Source of the DNA: an uncultured Candidatus Saccharibacteria bacterium
GTDB lineage: Bacteria > Patescibacteriota > Minisyncoccia > Phycocordibacterales > PALSA-1337
DNA length: 64,000 bases
Direction of reading: 5' to 3'
Assembly (NCBI GenBank): GCA_964492835.1
Contig: CAZBLC010000002.1
Span: 7,375-71,374 of the forward strand
The position numbers were made by a program, and so were the translations under genes. Of the stretch, positions 7,890 through 17,236 are shown piece by piece. The stretch's first letter is position 1; each line of letters opens with the position of its first letter. The notes below the pieces were generated by a model. The model did no database searches. It was not told the DNA's origin and worked only from the letters and a program-made list of their open reading frames with translations.

Positions 7890-9181
7890 CTTAGGTAGAA
7901 ACCGGTAACTATCCAGAATGAAAACTTAGGTATATTAATTGCTGCAAAAGGTATTTTTGCAAATGTCTTTACCATAAATAGCTCATAGGACAGCAGTACG
8001 AAAGATATCCAAGCAAATATCTTTGATATAGATATCGAGATGAATCCTATAATACCTGTAAGAGTTACGAATAGCATTGTGAGTGGAATGATTGGTAATA
8101 CTAATATATTTACCACTATTCCAATCACAGACAACTGCCCCATCATATACAATATGTATGGCGAAACAAATACTTGTGTAGCGAGAGTTGATGCAACTAA
8201 TCCTCTAATACCAAATTTTTCAGTAATAAATTGAATTCTCTTCTCAATTGGCGAAGAAAGTATTATTAATCCAAGTGTTGCAAGGAATGATAGCTGGAAC
8301 GATGGATCGTATAGCAGAATATATGGATTTTGTATGAGCATTAGTATACCTGCAATGAATAGCGCTTTGCCTACGTTATAGTCTTTTCGAAGTAGACTGG
8401 CGAGTATAGCTATAGTTGCCATAATACAGGAACGGACTACGGTTGCTCCGCCACCAACTAATATACCGAATGCCACTATCCCCATTCCACCTAAACCTAT
8501 ACCAATATTTCTTGGCAGAAAAGACAATATTCTACGAATGGAATCAGCAACTATCGTAATGTTATATCCAGACAGAACAACGATATGTATTAGTCCTACT
8601 TTTCTAAAGTCATCTATCAGATCCTTTCCCAAAGCACTCTTCTCTCCAACTACTAGCCCTCCGGCTAGAGCGGCGTGTGGTTCACCGAGTACTCTCTTAA
8701 TATTTTGCAAAAATCTTTGCTTCAATTTAAACAAAATACCTGAGACATCATTACCAGTCTTAGTATCAATGACTTCTATACTAGGCTTCCTTAACTCAAA
8801 ATATATACCATCTTTCAAAAGAAAGTTAATGTAATCAAAGGTTCTTCCACCATTACTCTTGAAGTTAAATGGTGCGATTGATTTACCTACAATCTTAAGT
8901 CTCTGGCCGTATTGATATTCCAAGTACCTATCAACCGATACCTTTATGTATATATTTATTTCCTCACCATTAATACTCTCAGTATTTACCACAAATACCC
9001 TAGAGAAATCTTTAGTCTGTGGTTCATTAGATATTACCCCGTACACTTCAACTTCCTTACCTGCATACCTTGAAACAATCCCTTCCCTGTCATCACTGTG
9101 GAATACAGACCAAAATCTAAATATTAAAATGATAATTAATATTGATATAACTACTATATTTATTTTTTGATTTGTATTCAC
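7817..9181 (-). CDS. comEC: ComEC/Rec2 competence membrane channel
   Basis: GLIHIVVLSGYN, VVRSCIM, DPSFQLSFLAT. Confidence 0.93.
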   Translation of the reverse strand: MNTNQKINIVVISILIIILIFRFWSVFHSDDREGIVSRYAGKEVEVYGVISNEPQTKDFSRVFVVNTESINGEEINIYIKVSVDRYLEYQYGQRLKIVGKSIAPFNFKSNGGRTFDYINFLLKDGIYFELRKPSIEVIDTKTGNDVSGILFKLKQRFLQNIKRVLGEPHAALAGGLVVGEKSALGKDLIDDFRKVGLIHIVVLSGYNITIVADSIRRILSFLPRNIGIGLGGMGIVAFGILVGGGATVVRSCIMATIAILASLLRKDYNVGKALFIAGILMLIQNPYILLYDPSFQLSFLATLGLIILSSPIEKRIQFITEKFGIRGLVASTLATQVFVSPYILYMMGQLSVIGIVVNILVLPIIPLTMLFVTLTGIIGFISISISKIFAWISFVLLSYELFMVKTFAKIPFAAINIPKFSFWIVTGFYLSYFVALVKLPTTLSQFRFKKKSST

Positions 9182-9260
9182 TTAAATACAATATCAAAAC
9201 GAGATGAAATCCGTATAAAGTTTTAATAAAATCTTTATGAAATTTTTATTTAGATTTTAT

Positions 9261-9950
9261 CTAGCTAGCTTTAGTAAACTCAGCAATAATCTCCCTTTCA
9301 TGATCGCTTGAAATAGCTTTCTTGAATTTTGCCTTCTTTCCCTTAACTCTACCCTCACATTCTGCCCATGTCTTATGTATCTCTATCTTTCCATCAACCA
9401 TACTTACATATGAATATGCTACTGCTTTAGAATGACTCTTCTTATTAGCCTTCTCAACTACTTTTGATAGGTCTAGTATATTTTGAGTGTGATATTTAGA
9501 GAATGGACCGTTATATAGTTCTGTTGGTTCGTCATCTGCGAAACTTGTTGCTATAACATCACATCTCTCATTACCAAGTATTCCTGAATGTCCTCCTACA
9601 TAGTTCCATGATATTTTCTTTCCCTCACTTGCTGATACTAGTTTCTGCCATAAGTCTCTGTTAGACACCTCCTCTTTAGTCTTAGTAACCCATCCATTAC
9701 GAATCCAACCATTTACCCACTTTGTAATTCCATTTATCACATATGATGAATCAGTATTTAATACTATTTCTTCACTAGATAAAACAGCATTTAGGCCATT
9801 GATAGCTGCAGAAAGTTCCATTCTGTTATTAGTAGTATTATCCTCTCTCCCTCCTAGTTCTGTAACGATATTGTCAGTTACGACAACAGACCCCCAGCCA
9901 CCTCTTCCTGGATTTCCTCTAGATGCTCCGTCTGTAAAGATTGTTATCAT
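9261..9950 (-). CDS. rnhA: ribonuclease HI with C-terminal hybrid-binding domain
   Basis: FTDGASRGNPG, TTNNRMEL, DSSYV, GHSG..GNERCD; tail TWAECEGRVKG..AKFKK. Confidence 0.95.
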   Translation of the reverse strand: MITIFTDGASRGNPGRGGWGSVVVTDNIVTELGGREDNTTNNRMELSAAINGLNAVLSSEEIVLNTDSSYVINGITKWVNGWIRNGWVTKTKEEVSNRDLWQKLVSASEGKKISWNYVGGHSGILGNERCDVIATSFADDEPTELYNGPFSKYHTQNILDLSKVVEKANKKSHSKAVAYSYVSMVDGKIEIHKTWAECEGRVKGKKAKFKKAISSDHEREIIAEFTKAS

Positions 9951-9952
9951 TT

Positions 9953-11647
9953 CTATATTATATCAACAATTCTTAATCTTAGCTCTGGCCTCCCTCTAAA
10001 CATAGATTTTTCCATACAAGCAATTAAATCCATACTATCCCCCACCTTTAGAGCATTACCAACTCTGTTTTTGAATGTATCCATAGTCATAAAGAAACCA
10101 ATAGCATTAACTATGCTTCCATTTGTTTTCTTGAATTGTAATTCTAAATGATTCTTCTCTTTACCGAATTCCTTTATATTCGAAATACATATGTCTCTAA
10201 AGATAAATATTGGTTTTTCATTACCAGTACCAAATGGAGATAGCCTATCTATTGCATTATATGTACTCCAATCAACATTATCTAATGTTAATTCCATATC
10301 TATATACTTCACTTCTGCAATAACATCATCTTGTGCAAGGAGTTTAAATCCTTCATTCAATCTATCATCTAGATGATGTATATCATCATTAGATACAGCA
10401 AATCCTCCTGATGCACTATGTCCTCCGTACTGAAGCATTGTTCCCACAGGTGCTTTCTTCATAATATCTACAACACTTACTGTTCCTCCAGATCTACATG
10501 ATCCTTTTATAATCCCATCTCCATCTCTCCCCCATAGAAATGCCGGTTTACCATATTCCTCAGCCAAGCTATTAGCAACTAAACCAAGTAGTGATGGTCT
10601 CCATTCTGGATTGCCTATAACTATAACGTTTCTAGGGTCATCCTTATGTCTCTCATTTATTACTTTCTTTATCTCCTTCACCAACTGAGCTACCTTAGTC
10701 TTTCTCTCTGTATTTATTCCATCCAAATGTTTTACATATTCATGTGCCTCTATATCATCATTTGTTGAAAGTAGCTTAAATGCATCCATTGGTACTCCCA
10801 TTCTTGATGCTGCATTAATTCTAGGTGTAATCATAAAACCAATATCATCCTCAGTAATATATCTTTGATCTATTTTTAAATGATTTAGTAATCTAACTAA
10901 TCCTTTTCTAGGACTCATCTTAAGTACCCTTAGTCCAAAATGTGCTAATGCTCTGTTCTCTCCTACAAGCGGTACCATATCAGAGAGTGTTGCAAGGCCT
11001 ACCATATCAAGTAGCCATTTTTCATGTCCCTCCTTCAATCCAAACCTATTAACCTTAAGTATTGCTTGTATTAATTTAAATCCAACACCAGAACCACAAA
11101 GTATCTTTTCTGGATACTCACAACCTTTTTGCTTATGATCCACTATTGCATATGCATCTGGCACTTCGTCATGTGGTTCATGATGGTCGGTGATGATAAC
11201 GTCTATACCATTCTCTTTTGCTTTCTTCACTGCCTCTGTGTCTGAAATACCACAATCGAGAGTAACTAGTAGACTAACTCCGTCCTTAGCAAAAATATCT
11301 ACGGCATCAGTATTTAGTCCAAATCCCTCATCATGTCTATGCGGGATATAGTTTGTAAAATTATTAAAATTTATCTTTTTAAAGAAATCATGAAATACCA
11401 CTCCAGCTGGTATACCATCAGCATCGTAATCGCTGTATATAACTATCTTTTCATTCCCCTCTATTGCCCTTACAATCCTCTCTGCTGCTTTCTTTGCATC
11501 TTTTAGTAGGAATGGATCATGTATATGATTATCGTAGTTTGGGTTGAGGAAGTTGTCCTTGTCCTCTTTAGTCTTTATGCCTCTATAGAAAAGTAGATTG
11601 TCGACTATATCTCCATCTATTCTCTCTCTGACTGAGTATTTTGGCAT
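9953..11647 (-). CDS. recJ: ssDNA exonuclease RecJ
   Basis: DYDADG, DCG, TDHH, PRINAASR, GGHSASGG. Confidence 0.96.
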   Translation of the reverse strand: MPKYSVRERIDGDIVDNLLFYRGIKTKEDKDNFLNPNYDNHIHDPFLLKDAKKAAERIVRAIEGNEKIVIYSDYDADGIPAGVVFHDFFKKINFNNFTNYIPHRHDEGFGLNTDAVDIFAKDGVSLLVTLDCGISDTEAVKKAKENGIDVIITDHHEPHDEVPDAYAIVDHKQKGCEYPEKILCGSGVGFKLIQAILKVNRFGLKEGHEKWLLDMVGLATLSDMVPLVGENRALAHFGLRVLKMSPRKGLVRLLNHLKIDQRYITEDDIGFMITPRINAASRMGVPMDAFKLLSTNDDIEAHEYVKHLDGINTERKTKVAQLVKEIKKVINERHKDDPRNVIVIGNPEWRPSLLGLVANSLAEEYGKPAFLWGRDGDGIIKGSCRSGGTVSVVDIMKKAPVGTMLQYGGHSASGGFAVSNDDIHHLDDRLNEGFKLLAQDDVIAEVKYIDMELTLDNVDWSTYNAIDRLSPFGTGNEKPIFIFRDICISNIKEFGKEKNHLELQFKKTNGSIVNAIGFFMTMDTFKNRVGNALKVGDSMDLIACMEKSMFRGRPELRLRIVDII

Positions 11648-11674
11648 GGAGGTAAGTATATCATTTAAATACTT

Positions 11675-12610
11675 CTACCTTACCGCAAACACCAAATCCC
11701 TTCCCTTGTCTCCTGAAACTAGATTACCATCATTATCAACCGTATTTACACTGTATCCATATACCCTATCCATCATATCTATAATTGAATTTCTAGTCTC
11801 TATATTTGATAGCTCACAGATTATATAACTCACTCTTTTGTTTTTTAGAGTTTCTACCATTCCAAAAATTACATCAGACTCAAACCCTTCGACATCTATT
11901 TTTATAACCTTAATATTTTGACTACCTACCAAACTATCTATTGTATCCACCAATACCTCTTGTTCCAGGTTCTCTCTCCCAAATTTTTTCTCTACATCCT
12001 CTCTACTGTATCCATGTATTCCTGTTTTGTAATTTAAGAATGGTAGTAGACTATTACCTCCATGATTAAGTGGATTGATATGTAATGTCATATTCCCCTT
12101 TTTACTACCAATAGCGATATTTCTTAAGTTTGGTTTAAAACCATTAAGTTGGCTGTTGTTACTTAGTAAATTAAAGTTACCTTTTTCTGGCTCACAAGAT
12201 ATTGTATTAGTACCCAAAGATGATGAGAGCATTGTGTAATACCCAACATTAGCTCCAATATCTATGAATCTATCACCATTATGTATTTGTTTACGGATAA
12301 ATTTAGTTAATGATTCCTCATATACTTTCATGAAAAAGAGATTTCTTTGTGTCTTTTCTGATATATCTAATTTCATAACGAATCCTTCAAAATTCTTCTT
12401 GATCCAGAATGGACCACCATTATCTAGCGATATTCTACCTAGTTCCATAAAGAATGGTGATAGCAGAACTCTGACTCGTAATGGGAATTTCCAAGACATC
12501 TTAACTAGAATTACATATAGATTAAACTTAATGTATCTTGGTAGATACTTAATTATATATCCTAGTACATATGCAATTACATTTTCTATATTAAAAAATA
12601 CTTTTTTCAT
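11675..12610 (-). CDS. FkbM-family methyltransferase
   Basis: FIDIGANVGYY, KIDVEGFE. Confidence 0.9.
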   Translation of the reverse strand: MKKVFFNIENVIAYVLGYIIKYLPRYIKFNLYVILVKMSWKFPLRVRVLLSPFFMELGRISLDNGGPFWIKKNFEGFVMKLDISEKTQRNLFFMKVYEESLTKFIRKQIHNGDRFIDIGANVGYYTMLSSSLGTNTISCEPEKGNFNLLSNNSQLNGFKPNLRNIAIGSKKGNMTLHINPLNHGGNSLLPFLNYKTGIHGYSREDVEKKFGRENLEQEVLVDTIDSLVGSQNIKVIKIDVEGFESDVIFGMVETLKNKRVSYIICELSNIETRNSIIDMMDRVYGYSVNTVDNDGNLVSGDKGRDLVFAVR

Positions 12611-12673
12611 TTGTTGCTAGTATACTCTGGTTACTAACTGGTTGTCTATTGCTACTATGATATACTTTTATCC

Positions 12674-13033
12674 ATGGAAAACTGTATATTTTGCAAAATT
12701 GCTAAGAAAGAGATACCTGCTAACGTGGTATATGAGGATAATGACTTCATTGCCTTTCTAGATATCAATCCTCAATCTCCAGGACATGTTCAAGTTATAC
12801 CTAAACAACACTACAGATGGGTATGGGATGTTCCTAATACTTCAAAGTATTTTGAAATAGCTAAAAAAATAGCTTTAGCTCAAAGAAGAGCTTTTAATAC
12901 TGACTTCATTCTAAGCCGCATTGTGGGGGACGAAGTACATCATGCTCATATATGGGTATTCCCTAATAGAGAGGTAGAAGGTGATAAAAAGGATTTTGAG
13001 GGAAATGCGAGAAAGATTGTAGAGAGTTTATAA
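12674..13033 (+). CDS. HIT family nucleotide hydrolase
   Basis: CIFCKI, FLDINP..PGH, HAHIW. Confidence 0.93.
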   Translation: MENCIFCKIAKKEIPANVVYEDNDFIAFLDINPQSPGHVQVIPKQHYRWVWDVPNTSKYFEIAKKIALAQRRAFNTDFILSRIVGDEVHHAHIWVFPNREVEGDKKDFEGNARKIVESL

Positions 13034-13035
13034 CA

Positions 13036-13072
13036 AAATCACCCACCGAACATTTGTTGGTGGGCGTGATTC
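13036..13072. terminator. hairpin between convergent genes
   Basis: AATCAC-CCACCGA...TTGGTGG-GCGTGATT imperfect inverted repeat. Confidence 0.5.
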
Positions 13073-13079
13073 AAGACAG

Positions 13080-13277
13080 CTATTCTTCTGGGTTGCCTGG
13101 TATCATTTCAACCAGGCCTCTACCTTTACTGTTGCAGTGTCCGCAATACATTTTGCTTGCGTCTGGCTCGGCAAAGGGTTGTGGGTGGTCGCATTCATAT
13201 TTGCAGTGTGCAGTTGTGACGCCATTAGCCACATACCACTTGTCCTCTGGTTTAATTGCAGTTGGTGATTCGTTCAT
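13080..13277 (-). CDS. small putative Zn-binding protein
   Basis: 65 aa from ATG 13277; C-x3-C-x-H and CGHC motifs; GC-richer than neighbours. Confidence 0.55.
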   Translation of the reverse strand: MNESPTAIKPEDKWYVANGVTTAHCKYECDHPQPFAEPDASKMYCGHCNSKGRGLVEMIPGNPEE

Positions 13278-13321
13278 TCCGAGAATGAATATATCACGCA
13301 ACACAACAAACACAAAGTAGG

Positions 13322-14401
13322 TTAATTACCCCTCCCCATCGCCTCTATCCCCGGTAACGTACCCTTTGCTAGATAATCAAGCATTGCTCCTCCACCTGTA
13401 GATACAAAGGTAAATGAATCTTCAAGTTTTAACTCTGCAATAGCAGCTAGAGTATCTCCTCCACCAACTATTGTCTTAACTCCGTTCTTAGTTGCATCAG
13501 CTAACATTCTAGACAATTCTAATGTAGGTTGCTTGTATCCTAATTCATAAGCACCAAGTGGACCATTACATAGTATAAACTTAGCTTTAGCAATCTCCTC
13601 TCTCAACATATCTACAGTCTTTACTCCTACATCCATAATTGCGGTACCCTTAAGAACTGTATCTAGAGGGAGAAGAATCTTTTTGTTATCCAAATATCTA
13701 CTTAAATCAATCCTATTATCAGAAACCAGAGAGTCACCAATATCAATCCCTTTCTCTCTTAGGAAATCATTAGCTAAAGCTCCACCGACAAACATTGTAT
13801 CTACTGAGTCTATAAACTTATCAACTAGAGGTATCTTAGTCTCAAACTTCGCTCCGCCTAGGATGAAGAGGAATGGATGTTCTGGCTTGAACGCCAAACT
13901 TAAATGCCTTATCTCCTCTTCAAACTGAAAGCCGATATAACTTGGAATGAATTCAGTTATAGCGCATACAGAAGCATGCTCTCTATGAGATACAGAAAAT
14001 GCTTCATTAACATAAATATCAGCAAGTGATGCTAATTCTTTAGCAAACTGCCTATCATTCTTCTTCTCCCCTTCATTTACACGTATATTTTCTAGAAGTA
14101 TTACCCTTTCATTACTACCGAGTACTTTTCTATAGTTCTTCTCAAAATGACAATTAACACCTAGTGTAGAAAGATGTTTGGCAACTGGTTCCAGAGTCGG
14201 ATTATCCTTTGTCTCGATATGACTCATTAGGATAACATTGGCACCACCGTCATATAGATACTTAATTAGTGGTATAGCTTTACGTATTCTAAAGTCGTCT
14301 ACTATACGACCATTCTCTACTGGTACATTCAAATCTAGTCTAACTAGAACCTTAACTCCATTTAAATTCTCTACTTCTTTTATACTTTTCATATTAGGCA
14401 A
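13322..14401 (-). CDS. pgk: phosphoglycerate kinase
   Basis: RLDLNVP, LLENIR, GGAK, GGGDT, STGGGA. Confidence 0.97.
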   Translation of the reverse strand: MPNMKSIKEVENLNGVKVLVRLDLNVPVENGRIVDDFRIRKAIPLIKYLYDGGANVILMSHIETKDNPTLEPVAKHLSTLGVNCHFEKNYRKVLGSNERVILLENIRVNEGEKKNDRQFAKELASLADIYVNEAFSVSHREHASVCAITEFIPSYIGFQFEEEIRHLSLAFKPEHPFLFILGGAKFETKIPLVDKFIDSVDTMFVGGALANDFLREKGIDIGDSLVSDNRIDLSRYLDNKKILLPLDTVLKGTAIMDVGVKTVDMLREEIAKAKFILCNGPLGAYELGYKQPTLELSRMLADATKNGVKTIVGGGDTLAAIAELKLEDSFTFVSTGGGAMLDYLAKGTLPGIEAMGRGN

Positions 14402-15146
14402 TATCTACAGTTTTTAGTAATTCAACAAAACTTGGTGGATTAACACTCTCACGTCCAATTAATAGTCCATCTACTTGTCCTTTCTCAAATATTTCTAAAG
14501 CATTTCTAAAGTTTACTGATCCACCATATAGTATTGGAGTAGATACAGCTAGATCATGACCATATATATCTGAGAGCACTTTCTTGATGAATATTGATGT
14601 CTCATATATCTCTGAAGAATTCATAGCTTCTTTTGCTCCAATTGCCCATATTGGTTCATAGGCAACGATTAATTTATCAATATTCTTCTTATTAACCTTA
14701 TTCAAAGAATTCTTTATCTGCTCCTTTAGAAACTCTAAATGACTTCCATCCTCATTTCTCTCTTTCTCTCCAATACACAATATTGGACTAATATCTTGTT
14801 CAAGTAGAGCTTGAACCTTGTTTGATATGTTTTCGTCTGTCTCCCCCATCTTACGTCTCTCTGAGTGACCGACGATAACATGAGATACTCCTAGATCTTT
14901 AAGCATTAGTGGACTAACTTCTCCAGTGAATGATCCTTGTCCTTCTGCATTTACATTCTGTGCCCCTATAGATACTGAAGATATTGTCTTAACTAAACTC
15001 GGAATATATACAAATGGTGGACATACGATCACCTTAACTGAATTTAATTTATCTGCAGTACTTTTAGTAGATTTAAATAGCTTTTTTGCCAAATCAAGCG
15101 ATATCGGATTCATCTTCCAGTTACCAACTATTATTCTTTTTTTCAT
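14394..15146 (-). CDS. tpiA: triosephosphate isomerase
   Basis: GNWKMN, GHSERR, AYEPIWAIG, YGGSV. Confidence 0.98.
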   Translation of the reverse strand: MKKRIIVGNWKMNPISLDLAKKLFKSTKSTADKLNSVKVIVCPPFVYIPSLVKTISSVSIGAQNVNAEGQGSFTGEVSPLMLKDLGVSHVIVGHSERRKMGETDENISNKVQALLEQDISPILCIGEKERNEDGSHLEFLKEQIKNSLNKVNKKNIDKLIVAYEPIWAIGAKEAMNSSEIYETSIFIKKVLSDIYGHDLAVSTPILYGGSVNFRNALEIFEKGQVDGLLIGRESVNPPSFVELLKTVDIA

Positions 15147-15164
15147 GCAATCATTATATCACGA

Positions 15165-16628
15165 CTATTTAACCTCTTCCCATGACAAAGTAGTATATTG
15201 ATTTGATGTTAACGGGAAGCTTGGTGGTGGAGCGTATAGCAGGTTTCCATCATATATGATCTCACGTATGGTGTATCCTGATGATATTGAAGCTGCACTA
15301 CCCCAAGCAAAACCATATCTCTTGTTAGTACCAATCATTCCGTAGAGTGTAAGCTTGTTCTCCTTATGTGTAGAACCGCAGTTGCTTGAATAGTAATACC
15401 TTCCGGCACGACCGTTCTGTGCCATAAGGGCGGCATCTATTCTTAGATTCTCATCACCATCAAAGTCGTTGTATAGCCCGGTTGTAATATTACCCTGAGC
15501 AATTAGAGCTATTGCATCCTGTCCGTCATAGTTGGTATATAGCAGATCGTCATTTATGATAATATTCTTCCATGTTGATGGACTATCTGGAAACTTACCG
15601 GCTGCAATTGTTACTCTCGCTGAATTAATATCACCATCTACCCATACGTGATCCTCAACAAACACAATTCCATTTGCTGGTATTGCTGAGTTCTCAATGA
15701 ACGTCTGTGCACCTCCTGTATTGTTTATACTCCACACTCCCCACCCTGTCTCACTCTGCGAGTTATTACAATTAACTGGAGCTGATCTAAGAGAGTTAAC
15801 TCTGTAAATATCGAATGTATCATTCGTCTTAAGTACAATATGATATCCCTGTGCGCCTGATGCGGCATAGTACTTACCACCAGATATTGCATTTGCTTTC
15901 ATTGAAGACAAATCTGTTGTTATACCTGTGAAATCAACTACAGCTACTGGAAACTGTCTACCTGCCATAAACACATCTGGTCTACTAGGTACAACTGCAG
16001 GTGGTGTTGTATCGTTATTCAATTCTGAAGGATTAAGAGTTGTATATACTCCGAACTGATACCAGTTACTACTCTGATCTGTATCAATATATTTAGTCTT
16101 CGCACTAGTAATTACGTTATGTGCCAGTCCATCAAAATGTATTCCGTCATTTGAATGTATTGGACCGAATACCTCAGTACCAACTCCGAAGTTCATAATA
16201 TCATTTGCTACTACAGCAAACTTTGCAAATGATGGTATAGCGAGTGATACTTGCAGTGTTCTAGATACAGATGGGTCTGATATTACAGTTCCCTTCGACT
16301 TTATCTTAATCAAAGTAGAACCTACCAATGGAGGTGTGATAGTTAGAGCAAACTGACCAATTACATTACCATCCTTGTCCTCAAAATCATGAATGAATGG
16401 ACCATTTGTAGTAGTTGCATTTCCATCTTTATAGTCATTTGATGCATGAGCAAGATGCCATCTATAGTAATCAACTCCAGCTTCAGCTATCTGCATCGCT
16501 TGTTCTCTAGCTGTTAGCTGTCTTGTACTCTTAAGCATACTTCCTCCCCAATTAACTAAGGCTGATGTAACAACCATAGCTATGACTCCAAAGACCAGAA
16601 CGTTTACTAAAATAAATCCTTTTTTCAT
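15165..16628 (-). CDS. PilX-like minor pilin / pilus-associated protein
   Basis: KKGF-hydrophobic N-terminus, AMQIAEAGV; in pilus operon. Confidence 0.75.
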   Translation of the reverse strand: MKKGFILVNVLVFGVIAMVVTSALVNWGGSMLKSTRQLTAREQAMQIAEAGVDYYRWHLAHASNDYKDGNATTTNGPFIHDFEDKDGNVIGQFALTITPPLVGSTLIKIKSKGTVISDPSVSRTLQVSLAIPSFAKFAVVANDIMNFGVGTEVFGPIHSNDGIHFDGLAHNVITSAKTKYIDTDQSSNWYQFGVYTTLNPSELNNDTTPPAVVPSRPDVFMAGRQFPVAVVDFTGITTDLSSMKANAISGGKYYAASGAQGYHIVLKTNDTFDIYRVNSLRSAPVNCNNSQSETGWGVWSINNTGGAQTFIENSAIPANGIVFVEDHVWVDGDINSARVTIAAGKFPDSPSTWKNIIINDDLLYTNYDGQDAIALIAQGNITTGLYNDFDGDENLRIDAALMAQNGRAGRYYYSSNCGSTHKENKLTLYGMIGTNKRYGFAWGSAASISSGYTIREIIYDGNLLYAPPPSFPLTSNQYTTLSWEEVK

Positions 16629-17236
16629 AAATTATCTTTTAAATTTCTAAAATTTACTTGTGTGGTATATGTTCTGATTACTGGAGACTTATTCGGATCG
16701 GCATCGATCATTAGATTGATCTTTACTAGATGTGCATTTGTTACTGTTATAGGTTGTGTGAGAGGACTACTAGTACCTGCATAGTTGCTATCATAATATT
16801 CAAATAAAGGACTTGAAGTAGCATTCTTAACATTGTATGCAAGAGTACTGAATGTCTCATTGGCTGAGTTATACGTTAGTGGATTACCACTTGGCTTTAT
16901 ACTTCCCCTCTTTAGGGTTGTGGTTGCGATATAGTATCTGATTTTTTCTTTTAATCCGTCAGTATCTGTATCGCTATAGAAAGTAATGGTATTTGTTGCT
17001 GCTGTTTGTATTGCGAATGATCCATCGTTTCCTGGTGATGCTGTTCTTAATTCTCGGACCATAACACGTAGAACATTTCTTGCATCCTGCGCACTTGTAA
17101 GTGAGTCTTGTGAGTATTTGTTATTAACAAATACATCTCTTTGGAAACTTCCAACTGCAACTGCAATAATTCCTACAATTGCAGTAACAACAACTATCTC
17201 TGCTAATGTAAATCCTTTTGTATAGTATATTTTCAT
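16625..17236 (-). CDS. prepilin-type N-terminal cleavage/methylation protein (PilW-like)
   Basis: KGFTLAEIVV class III signal. Confidence 0.85.
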   Translation of the reverse strand: MKIYYTKGFTLAEIVVVTAIVGIIAVAVGSFQRDVFVNNKYSQDSLTSAQDARNVLRVMVRELRTASPGNDGSFAIQTAATNTITFYSDTDTDGLKEKIRYYIATTTLKRGSIKPSGNPLTYNSANETFSTLAYNVKNATSSPLFEYYDSNYAGTSSPLTQPITVTNAHLVKINLMIDADPNKSPVIRTYTTQVNFRNLKDNL

